The translations under genes were made by a program, and so were the position numbers. The notes beneath the pieces are model-generated. The model ran no database searches. It was not told where the DNA came from and was given only the letters and a program-made list of their open reading frames with translations. Positions 1 through 10,859 of a DNA stretch of 64,000 nt are shown here, one piece after another (the stretch's first letter is position 1; every line of letters begins with the position of its first letter). The DNA comes from Podarcis liolepis (taxonomy: Eukaryota), in NCBI GenBank assembly GCA_965112155.1, contig OZ218109.1. One strand, given 5' to 3'.

Positions 1-820
1 CACACACACACACCTGCCCTTTCCTTTCCCAAGCTGGAAGAAAAAAAATCTACAGTGCTGACTTAGCATTTATGTATGACTCAGCATTCACAGTTTGGCT
101 TCTCTCCAAAGAAACCACAAGAGCTGGTTCATATGTAGCCAGCACTGTGGCTTGATTCCTCCCAGATTCCTCCCTGATGTGCAAAGCCAGCCAGTTTTTA
201 GGCAGTAGATGGCTCAATACCAATATATAATGCTTATAGAATTTGCTTGTCCTAAGCTCTTATGCCACCAGCCTGGAAATGAAACACAGTTTTAAATAGA
301 TATCAAAATCCATTTATGAAGATTAGAACTGAAGAGATGCCAAGCTCAACAACATACCAGCTATAGGCACACTTACTTAAGCTTTTTCCCAGCTACTGTT
401 CTTGGCAGCAGCTGAAAAGAAGCAATTCCCTGAAGCCCAATCCTAGGGTGCAACCTTTGAAAAGGTCACTTTAAAATATGTTAATTGTCAGTGGACGCTT
501 ATGTTTCAACTCTTACCTCACGGCAAAGTATGAGTTTGCGGGTGCCAGACTCCTCTAAATTCCTGGACCCAGTAAGTGTTGGAATTTAATCAAGCCTCCT
601 GAACCCCTGGATCCAGCAAGGGTTAAAATATAAGCCAGGCTAGCTTATATTTGAATGGTTCATCACCCCAGGCTAGCTTCCTCATGAGGTCATTGCCTGG
701 GGTGAGGAACCATTAAGTGTATGAAGGGCAAGGTGATGGACCATTAAGGAAACAAAAAAGAGGGGAAATGGGTGGAGCACGTCCTCCCTCTTTTAAATAG
801 TGAGAAGAAGGAAAGGCACA

Positions 821-1577
821 TGTCAGAGCTGCTCCCAGATCCTAGCTCACAGAGGATCACGCTAGCCAGCGATCATTAAGTAAAAGTCTTTATTGAGTTA
901 CCGTTTCCATTCTCAAACTGCTGCGTGCAACTCTACGTCTTATGCGTTAGATCGGCGAAGCTCCGTCTGAGTCTCCGCCCCTTGTACACCAACTTAATAT
1001 CCTAGCCCTGCTCCACCTTTTCCGCCTGACTGTTCTCCTCTGGGTCCCTCTGCCCCCCGGGGTCTCTTCCTTCCGGGATTCTTCTGACGCCGACCCCCCG
1101 GACCCTCCTGTCTCCTTGCGCCGGGCTTTAGGACCTGGCTCCCTTTCCGGGCTGCCTACTGCGTCACTTTCCTGTGCATTTGAACTTGGCGCGCGCGCCC
1201 AACCTTCCACTTTCCGTCTGACCGTTTCTTCGCTCCCCGATGGAGGTGTGGCCACTCCTGACTCGTGCCCTCCCCCCTGTTGTGAGCTGCCAGCGCTTGA
1301 TCCCTGGCGCCCTTCCTCTTCCCTGCTCTCTGGCGGTGACGCTGGTCCCGATTTCCAACTGCTCCCCTCTGAGTCCCCTCTGGCTCTATCTTCCTGGGGT
1401 GTCCCCCTAGGCTCCCCCCTTGCCCTGGCCACTGGTGCTCCTTTCTGTGAATCTTCTGATTCACTGGAAAGACTCGGAGATCTCGGGTCGTCGTCATCAC
1501 TCATCTTTTCTTCTGCCTCCTCCCCCTCGCTCTCTGTTTCCTCCCTTGCCCTTGCCTCTGCTCCTGAACCCCTGACA
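821..1577 (-). mobile_element. Solo LTR (757 bp), probably Gypsy-type
   Basis: TGTCAG...CTGACA termini; perfect 5-bp TSD GCACA (816-820, 1578-1582); minus-strand AATAAA at 889-894; CpG-rich. Confidence 0.9.
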
Positions 1578-2705
1578 GCACAGTTTAGAGTTTTAGCATT
1601 GGCTGCGATGTGACTTAAAGCAGAAAAGGTTGCAGGCTGCTAAAGGAAACAAGTGGAAAAGCTATAGAAGCAGAGCATGATGCTTGATGTCTGTTTGAAC
1701 CCAAGGCTGCATCTATGGGAGAAACAAGACCCACTGGGGGCGTTAATGCTGGGAGCGCCTCCACTATAGACCCAGGTTGTATATATGTGTAAATAAACCA
1801 TATATCTGTCTCCATATATACAGCAGAGAGCGTGGTCTTGTTGTCTGGACAGCACATTGCCCTGGCTTGTTCCCTGGAGAGAGCTGCTAACACAGGAGGA
1901 GGAAAAAAACCTTACAGGAGACAAAAGTTATGAGTTATCAGGCTCTGCAGCCACAGCTGGAACTGTCATTCCACAGCAATTTGACCTCACCTCCAGAGGT
2001 GCACTCCATTGTCTCTCGAGACTGACGAGTGCCAGCAACAATTTGGACAGCTCTTAAGATATCGTAACCATATTCTGCATGGTGGTTCCTGATATCAAGA
2101 AACAAGTTTTCATCTATGTTTGGATGCCATTTTAAATCAAGATGGCAGATTGAACCTTTCAAAACTGCATCGATTTGAACCACTGAGTTCAAAATTTCAC
2201 TGATTTTGTTTGACCTCCTGAACAATGTTCTGCGAAGTTCCGCATGCTACGATATAAGCTGACATAATACTTCCATGTTCAACTCCCTCCCTCTCACAAA
2301 TATACAGTATTTACCTCTCTAAGCCTGCAAGCCTATGCACACCTTTTGGAAACGAGGAAGCGAGTCCCATGGAGGGAGACAGTGGAACTGACTTCTGAGC
2401 AAACAGGCTATGGGGAAAGGGAAATACTATCATATGTGTTTATAGGTATTTTACAAATAAAAGGCTCAGAACGACACGGCAAACCCTGATTTGCCCAAAG
2501 CGGGGGGGAGGGGGAGAGACAAAGGATGGGACAGAATTGGAAATTTGGTTTCCTGCTGGTGTCCAAACCATCAAATGATCCTCCCATTTACTTCAACCTA
2601 TAGAGCAATGACCTATTAGTTAATCCAAATGCCAAACTTCTAAAAGGTCATGCTCCGTGCCGGGCTTATTCGGTTCTGAAAAGTGAAAAATGACAAGCTT
2701 AGCTA

Positions 2706-3167
2706 CCGTATTTTTCGCCCTATAGGACACACCGTCCCATAAGGCGCACCTAGTTTTTTGGGGGGGAAATAAAGGGGAAAAATTATTTTTTCCCCCCCAG
2801 GCGTGGGGCTGGGGCGGGGGAGGCCCGAGCTTCCCCCGACCCCAGCCCCCAAACAGGCAGCTCTCTGCAAGCCGTGTGAGCCCAGCGCTGGCTCCCACTG
2901 CTTGCGGAGAGGTCCGCGAAGCCTGGACGTGCTGATCTCAGCGCGCGCAGGCTTCGGGATGCAGGCAACTCTCCGCAAGCAGCGGGAGCGCTCCCGCTGC
3001 TTGCAGAGAGGTCCACAAAGCCTGGAGAGTGAGAGGGGTCGGTGCGCACCGACCCCTCTCTCTCTCCAGGCTTCAGCGAAAGCCTGCATTCGCCCCATAG
3101 GACGCACACACATTTCCCCTTCATTTTTGGAGGGGAAAAGGTGCGTCCTATAGGGCGAAAAATACGG
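2706..3167. mobile_element. Tc2/pogo-like MITE
   Basis: TIR CCGTATTTTTCGCCCTATAGGAC; TA TSD. Confidence 0.9.
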
Positions 3168-3168
3168 T

Positions 3169-3172
3169 ATAT

Positions 3173-3211
<39 letters not shown>
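3169..3211. repeat. (ATTT)n microsatellite
   Basis: Seen directly. Confidence 0.95.
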
Positions 3212-4549
3212 TGACAGAGAAATGAATACTCGACACAAGAAAATGGCACCAGCCCTTGAATCTGTTGTCAGAAGCTACTGCTTCACCTTGCATCATAGCT
3301 GAAATGCTAAGATTTGTGTTGTTTTGTGATGATGCCCTTTTATGCCTCTTGCCCTGTTATTTCCCCAATTAATATGCAATTGTAATAACATAGCTACTAA
3401 CAGTAGTACTCCAGGCTGTACAAAAAACAGGGGGGGGGGGGGACAGATTGAAATCGTTCTGACATTCAGTATTAAACACTGTAAAAAGAAATAAAGAAAT
3501 AAAGAAAACAGGTGTGAACCAACTGTACCTCCGTGAAAGCAGGTCATTTTGTCCAAGTAGCTGTTTCCCACATTCTTTATACAACCCCTGAGAATACTAT
3601 CCTGACTCGAGAAAAGCATTTGTCACCTGCATCCAATTTAGGGTTTAGATGGATGTGATGCCAGTTTTAGATGTTTACATCAGTTCAGCTAGAGGTAATG
3701 TTTTAAGAGGTTTTAATGCTACCTTGAAAACTCACACACATTCTTCTGTTCTAATACAAGCTTTGTAAAAAAACAGAAATAAAAATAAAGGTGTCTTGCA
3801 AGTTTACAGCAGTAGCATTGCACCAAATAAGACAAGGCTGGAGTAACTCCACTGTCTTGCCTTCTCTCCATTTCATTCCATGCCAACGTTTTTCAAGGGC
3901 TGTTTTGGGCACCTTGCAAAAGCTATTCCAATCCTCTACTGGAAAAGGTTGAATGAGCGAGAAGATGGGCTACTAAACATAATGCAAGAGCACCATGCAG
4001 TGGCCACCTGTTTTAATGCAGCCTGTCTCATACTTAAAACTACTATTCTAGGAGGTAAAAACTGCACAAACAGTAAAACGCCTCCTTGTGCAAGGCATGA
4101 CTACTCTGTTACTAGGTAAGCTTTGACAATGTTTCAAATCCACAAACACAATCTGAAGCGATATAATAACACTGAGGACCGTAGGATGGAATGCCCATAA
4201 CATCTGTATAGTGTTAGAATTAGTATATTGCGCACAATACTTCATTAAGTAATGAGGAGAAAAAACTGCATTTGAAAATTATTGAAAAGGAGGGGAAATT
4301 CTGGTTCAAGGTTTTTGATGTGCTTGCCTTGCTTCTGAGATTGCCAAGGGGAATTTGTGGATGTCCGTCCTTTCATTCTACAAGTCATCTCACCAGGACT
4401 TGCACTTTGCAACCTTTGCAGGCGGCTGCACTTTCATCTAAGTCCAGAGTACAGTATCAGGAAGTAATTCCTCCCATGGGGCTTTTCCAGATCAGAAAGG
4501 ACAGGCAGTCAGGTAAGCGAAGCTCAAAGTCCCGTACCAACCTAAATTC

Positions 4550-5191
4550 CCCTCTTCTTTTTTACAAATCATCTTTATTGGTTTCTTTTAATTGACATTC
4601 ATAGAATCATATTATAACATCTCAGTTCTCCTATGGCTAAACATGTATTTCTAAATACGTAATATTAAAGAAAACAAAAACAAAAATTTGTGCTTAATTG
4701 CTTGATTCATTCGTATTCCTTTTATACTCGACTTCCCTCCCCTTCTTACTTGGGTCCTCAGTTTGAATGCCTCTCTTAACACGTCTATGAGTTTGTTTTC
4801 CTGTTTTCCCACTATATTTTAGTATTTTTTCTGACAGAAGTTATTCAAAACCAGTTAAAATTTCAATTTCCCCATGATAGCCTTTCAAATATTGTTTGAA
4901 TATGTTCCAATCTTTTTAAATGTTTGTTTTGTTTGATCTCTTATCTGCCCAGTCAACTTGTCCATCTCTGCGTACTCCATTAATTTGGTCAACCAAACTT
5001 TTTTGGTCGGTAAACATTCCCTTTTCCAGTTCTGTGCAATCACAACTCTTTGCTGCGGTGGTGGCGTACATGAATACTTCCTTTAAATCTTTTGGAATCT
5101 CATTTCCCACAATACCCAATAGGAATGCTTCTGGTTTTGGGGGGAATGAGATTTTAAAGATCCTTTTAAAATCATTATAAATGAGATCCCA
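4550..5191 (-). mobile_element. 5'-truncated L1/Tx1-like LINE 3' end
   Basis: ORF2 C-terminal-like peptide GIVGNEIPKDLKEVFMYATTAAK; AATAAA and A-rich tail; 11-bp TSD AACCTAAATTC (4539-4549, 5192-5202). Confidence 0.75.
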
Positions 5192-7157
5192 AACCTAAAT
5201 TCTCAATAATTTATTGTCCTGAAAATAAGGCAGAGAAATGGAAGCCTATTTAGCGGGCGAAGAAAACATCTGAGAAACCAGAGGATGGATTTTGGCAGAG
5301 CACTAGCTATAATGTTCTCATCTGTTACAGCAGACCAGGCTTGGCCAACACAACGCCCTCCAGATATTTTAGATTGTAAGCCTCGTCATCATCCCCATCA
5401 GGCCACAGCTTTGTTTTCAGGAGCTGATTGTAGCTCAAAACATCTGGAGAGGGCACCAAGTTGCTGAAGGCTGGATGCACACAGGTGTATATGGCTGAGC
5501 AGCAGACAAGAGTCATGCCTGCACTTTGAGCAACGTGACAATACAGCTGTTTTATTTTGCTCGTGCTGCATGCTTCCATGTCACTTGGTTCCGTTCAGCC
5601 AAATAAATTAAAACTTACAGCGTTCCATCCTGTATAATTTATATCCGGACACCAGCACACGGTGCCTCTGAAATGCACAATAAGGAATCTGGCGCTCTCC
5701 TTTACATCAATCAGCTGTGGAAGAGCACTATTAAAGCGTTACCTTTGGGAGCAAATCTACTAATGAGCAGTCCTCTTTCCTTTCCTTTCGGGAACTGGAG
5801 AGATGCCAGCCAATTATATAGACATTACTTAAAAAGAAGATATATTATATAAGGATGAACAGAATCCCTGCACTAACATGAAGATGATACTATGAAAATC
5901 CTGGAAGAACGAGAGACTGCAAAATGTTTAAAACAGAATAAAAGTTGTGGAAGTTACTCTACAATACAAATAAGCAAATGGAAGCATAAACCTGCCTTCC
6001 ACAATCTGAAGCCATCCAGCTTTTTTGGACTACAATTCCTATCAGCCCTAGACGGTATGGCCAATATTCAGGGATGGTTTTAGTCCAAAACATCTGGAGA
6101 GGTCAAGGATGGGAAATTTAGCCTAAAGCAAATCGCCAGGTTCCATTTTTACTAAGTCCATCCTTTTGATACAGTGTTCACGTTTCATATGATGTGTTTT
6201 TTCTTTCCCTTTCATCACCAGAATCACAGGAATAAAAGAGAGGTGGCAGAGTAATGAAGACTGCAAGCCCTGTTTACTTGGGAGTAAGCCGCATTGAATG
6301 CAATGGGACTTACCTATGAGTGGACAAGGGTTTGGTATCAGCTGTTGGCTTGCCCTGATTTAAATGTTAATCTCCATAATGTCAGGACAGCTGCTTTTAG
6401 GCACAAGGCAATGCCCTCTCTTTTCAGTCAGGTTTTTAGACTTGGTGAGTTTTAGATATTGTGGCTCCCTCAATGGATGTGTTTAGCTTCTATTTTGTTC
6501 CAGTTTCGTATTGGTTTTAATTCTTGTATTGTGCTGCAAGCCGCTTTGAGATTGCTTTTCATAAAAAGCACTAATAAATGAAATTCATAATGCTTTATGT
6601 ATTTTATCTTTATCTAGATTTTAACCCTGCTTTGTAACATCCCCCCACAAAGCCTCATTGAACCTTATTATAAACATATATTCAAAACCTTACTATAAGT
6701 ATACATTCAACCGAAACATAAAATAACAAAAAAAGTGCAAAACACATTAATGATACACACGTCTAACGACAGGGGTTTTTTACTTTTAAAATCAGCAGCA
6801 GTCTCATAATTATAAACCAGATATTTAACAGAATGTTAGGCTGTGGTTCAAGTCAGTCACTGCACAAATTATGGGATCAGGTACACTTTACCAGTGTAGG
6901 AGAGTTTAATCTGAACTTAGAAACTATGATTACAAGCTTTGGAACAAGTCAGGATATTAAGCCAACTTCAAAACCATGGTTTGATATCCTAGTTTGTTCC
7001 AAAGCTGGTAACAACAGTTTCCTCATTCAGGCAAAATGGGACATTATGATTAGAGACTTCCTGGATTGGTTTCTTATACCACAGAGGGAGAAGCGAAGGG
7101 GCTCTGGGTATGGGCTTGTTTAAATGTGGGCTTATTGAGCTGAGATATGATTGACCA

Positions 7158-7652
7158 AAAAAAAAAAAAAAAAAGCAGAGACATCACCTTGCCAGCAAAG
7201 GTCCATATAGTTAAAGCCATGGTTTTCCCAGTAGTGATGTATGGAAGTGAGAGCTGGACCATCAAGAAGGCTGATCGCCGAAGAATTGATGCTTTTGAAT
7301 TATGGTGCTGGAGGAGACTCTTGAGAGTCCCATGGACTGCAAGAAGACCAAACCTATCCATTCTGAAGGAAATCAGCCCTGAGTGCTCACTGGAAGGACA
7401 GATTGTGAAGTAGAGGCTCGAATACTTTGGCCACCTCATGAGAAGAGAAGACTCCCTGGAAAATACCCTGATGTTGGGAAAGATGGAGGGCACAAGGAGA
7501 AGGGGATGACAGAGGACAAGATGCTTGGACAGTGTTCTCGAAGCTACAAACATGAGCCTGACCAAACTGCGGGAGGCGGTGGAAGACAGGAGTGCCTGGC
7601 ATGCTCTGGTCCATGGAGTCACGAAGAGTCAGACACGACTAAACGACAACAA
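7158..7652 (+). mobile_element. 5'-truncated Bov-B (RTE-clade LINE)
   Basis: Translates to SRDITLPAKVHIVKAMVFPVVMYGSESWTIKKADRRRIDAFELWCWRRLLRVPWTARR; typical 3' end CCATGGAGTCACGAAGAGTCAGACACGACT; 11-bp TSD ATGATTGACCA; in-frame stop at 7411. Confidence 0.95.
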
Positions 7653-8892
7653 ATGATTGACCATTCCAGCCAGTTGTTTCTCAGCCTAAAGTACCACACT
7701 GGGTTATTCTTGTGTGGATAAAAGGAAGGGAAGGGGAACCATGTACACAGCCCTGAGGTCCTTGGAAGGCAAGTTCAAGAAAAATGAAATAAAGATATCA
7801 CCTTGTCCCTATGCTCCAACCCTACCTGTTAGCACAAGTGTACTACTGCACAGGGGAACTGCTAACACATATCACATATAGAAAATGGCATTGGGTCATC
7901 TCTTCAAATATTGCAAATTGCATCTAAGGCAGTGCGTATACATATAAAATATCTGCCAGTCATGATGGAGATGTTGCTCAGTTGCTGGAAACCACAGGAG
8001 GGGAGGGTGCTGTTATGCTCAAATCCTGCTTGCTGGTTTCCCACACACATCTGGTTGCAGCCATTGTGAGAACAAGATGCTAGACTGGATGGGCTATTGG
8101 CTGGATCCAGCAGGCTCTTCTAGTGTTCTTGAGGCTGTGCACAGGCAAATAAAGGAGTGCACCGTTTAATACAAGGATGAGGCGCCTTCCACCCTGCAGA
8201 TGTTGCTGTACTCCATCTCCCATGAGCCCCAGTCAGCATGGCCAATGGTCAGGAATGATGGGAGCTGTAGTCAAACAGCATATAGAGTAGAGATTCCTCA
8301 CCTCTGGCTTAAAGGGCTAATCAAGAGCTCGCAATTTCACAACCTTCATGGAAGAGATGTGACATGTTTATTGGCATCTCAAAGCGCCACATGATTTGCT
8401 ATGCTCAAAGCACACTTAATTCTTCCTAATCCAGCCTACTGGGTTTTATGCTGCTCTACATCTTCCGAAGATGCAGAAGACAAGACAACCATTCCCAAAA
8501 TGGTTCAATTACAGTTGATGGTTATTTAGCTATTAATGTGATAAAGCCTTGTCTTTTCGAGGTTTGTTGCGGGGGGGGGGGGAGGTTGGCTGTAAGTGCG
8601 CAATGACTTAAACACAGGCTCAGAAGCTCATAATCACACTATTTAATTATTCATGAAGCCTAAATGAGAAATGGAAACATTAAGAAAGCTCGTTTGCCCC
8701 AAAGGAAACAAAGCTAATGCCTTCCCCCCCAAACCCACAGTGCTTATTTGTTCTTCATCTAAGATATCATTATTACAGCACACTAACCTAAATCATGCTA
8801 CCAACTTTCAGAGACACATGCCCTACTCCAAGCAACAAATTAATTGAATGAAGAATTATTAAATTCCTAACTTGCAACAACAGTGAAGATTA

Positions 8893-9351
8893 CCGTATTT
8901 TTCGCCCTATAGGACGCAACTTTTCCCCTCCAAAAATGAAGGGGAAATGCGTGTGCGTCCTATGGGGCGAATGCAGGCTTTCGCTGAAGTCTGGAGAGCG
9001 AAGGGGGTCGGTGCGCACCGACCCCTCTTGCTCTCCAGGCTTCAGGAAGCTGTCCGCTAGCCGTGGGAGACGCAGCTCTCCCACGGCTAGCGGAGAGCTT
9101 GCCGGCACCCAGAAGCTTGGGGTGCGCTGAGCTCAGCACGCCCCAAGCTTCGGGTTCTGCGCAGTCCTCCGCTAGCCGTGGGAGAGCTGCGCGACTTCGC
9201 GCAGCTCTCCCACGGCTTGTGGATAGCAGCCTGTTCTGGGGGCTGGGGTCGGGGGAAGCTCGGGGGGGGATAAAAAAAAATTCTTTATTTCCCCCCCAAA
9301 AAACTAGGTGCGTCCTATGGGCCGGTGCGTCCTATGGGGCGAAAAATACGG
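8893..9351. mobile_element. Tc2/pogo-like MITE, same family as 2706, opposite orientation
   Basis: Same TIRs; TA TSD; internal sequence is reverse-complementary to the 2706 copy. Confidence 0.9.
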
Positions 9352-9392
9352 TACCTCTCTCTCCTTCCTTCTGCCTAATTAAATACTGAGAT

Positions 9393-9476
<84 letters not shown>
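9393..9476. repeat. Compound (CT)n(CA)n microsatellite
   Basis: Seen directly. Confidence 0.95.
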
Positions 9477-9477
<1 letters not shown>

Positions 9478-10756
9478 ACAAGGGGTACTTTCATCTCAAC
9501 AGTATCCACTCCAGGCTGAATGAATATGGGCTCATTTGTGTGCCATTGAAGGATATGTCAAACAGATATTGAAACAAATTCAGTAATGGATCAATATCAC
9601 CCCCAACTGCCCACCATCCACTTATTCCATTCCCACTTTGACAACTGTTCGCCAGGTAGCAAATACACTCAACACAAATCTGGGCTCAGTCTGGATAAAT
9701 TTTGGACAGTTGGCTCTTTGACATCAAATGAAGTTGCAATGACATTGATCCCATTTGAATTATATTCTCCTTATGTTTGGAAGGGGAACAAGGCACTGGG
9801 TGTGCCTCTAACCACGAAAACTATGCATGTGTACATGGCATTTAAATAAGATGTATATCTTTGAGCTGATATCATTACTGGATTGTGAATCCTGCCCATG
9901 TTTAAGAAATCACATCAAGGACTAAGAAACCAGAATATGTACAAATCTGGCATGAAGACTCCTTGTTCCTACTTTGTTCCTACCTCCACACGATCAAGGA
10001 AAACCCCAAAGGGACATAGGTAACCACAGTTTCTCCTTACATGTGAACTGAAAACTATGTTTAATGGCTTCCCAACAAGCCAGGATTTGGAATCCAAATT
10101 CCAACATGATTGAAAACCCTTAACCATGATTCTTGGTTGCATGGTTTAATGTTGGCATCCAAATCCTGTCTAGTTTGAAAGTCTACCCATAGTTCCCAGT
10201 TCTCCTAAAATAGAAAGCCAAAGTAAACTACAGCTTCCTGGTTTGTTTTACTAGTTGTGCAAAGTAAAAGCAGACTACAGAGACAATAACTCTGTGCGTA
10301 TCCTGGCTTATTAAGCCAGAATTTGATAATCCAAACAGAGCAATTGTCACCCAGAGGTTTATGGAGAAAGACCAGCATAATAATTTGAAAAACAAAAATG
10401 TGCTGTGGCAAATAGTTGTGCTTATGTGTTCCCTTTTTTAGAAAACCAAAATGAAGCACCTGGACTAGAAGGAAACCACAAGAGTGTAAAAACAGAACAG
10501 AAGCAAGCCTGAGAACTATGAGCAACAGAAGGATTTAAATAATAAAGCAATAACGCAGAAGAAATGTATTAGTTTCCCCATACACAGGAAAGATACAAAC
10601 AGTATAGTATTGTCTGGAAAGAAAAGGTTTCGCTTGTAGATATGCATTAGAAATGGTTTGGTGATGTCATTTATTCTGAATTAATTTACTGCAATTCACA
10701 ATGGAAAGAAATCACTTTCTACTTAAACAGTCCAAGGTTACAAAACTAGAACTTAC

Positions 10757-10859
10757 TGATGGTTACTTTATCCTTATCTCCCAGCATGATATTGTTTGGA
10801 GTGAGGTCTCGATGGACAATTCTCTTCTCTTTGTGCAAATACCGAAGAGCTAAACACAG
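10757..10859 (-). CDS. NEK10: NEK10 exon: LCLALRYLHKEKRIVHRDLTPNNIMLGDKDKVTI (catalytic loop)
   Basis: aag|...A|gtaagt, 103 nt; the next (DFG) exon was not found in the window. Confidence 0.97.

Noticed and set aside
3529-3601. GCIKNVGNSYL resembling a USP Cys-box (GLxNxGNTCY)
   Set aside because: The catalytic Cys is missing and no other USP motifs are nearby; chance similarity
5619-5667. SGYKLYRME resembling the APE-endonuclease motif of CR1/L2 LINEs
   Set aside because: No flanking LINE-like sequence; too short to call. Kept only as a cryptic-exon candidate
10081-10168. Imperfect hairpin as a possible miRNA
   Set aside because: Resembles old palindromic AACCATGGTT-type repeats (similar core at ~56385-56415) and pairing is poor
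1-10756. NEK10 DFG-containing exon (TDFGLAKQK...)
   Set aside because: Looked for by eye and not found; presumably left of the window in a long intron, so this is not evidence of gene truncation
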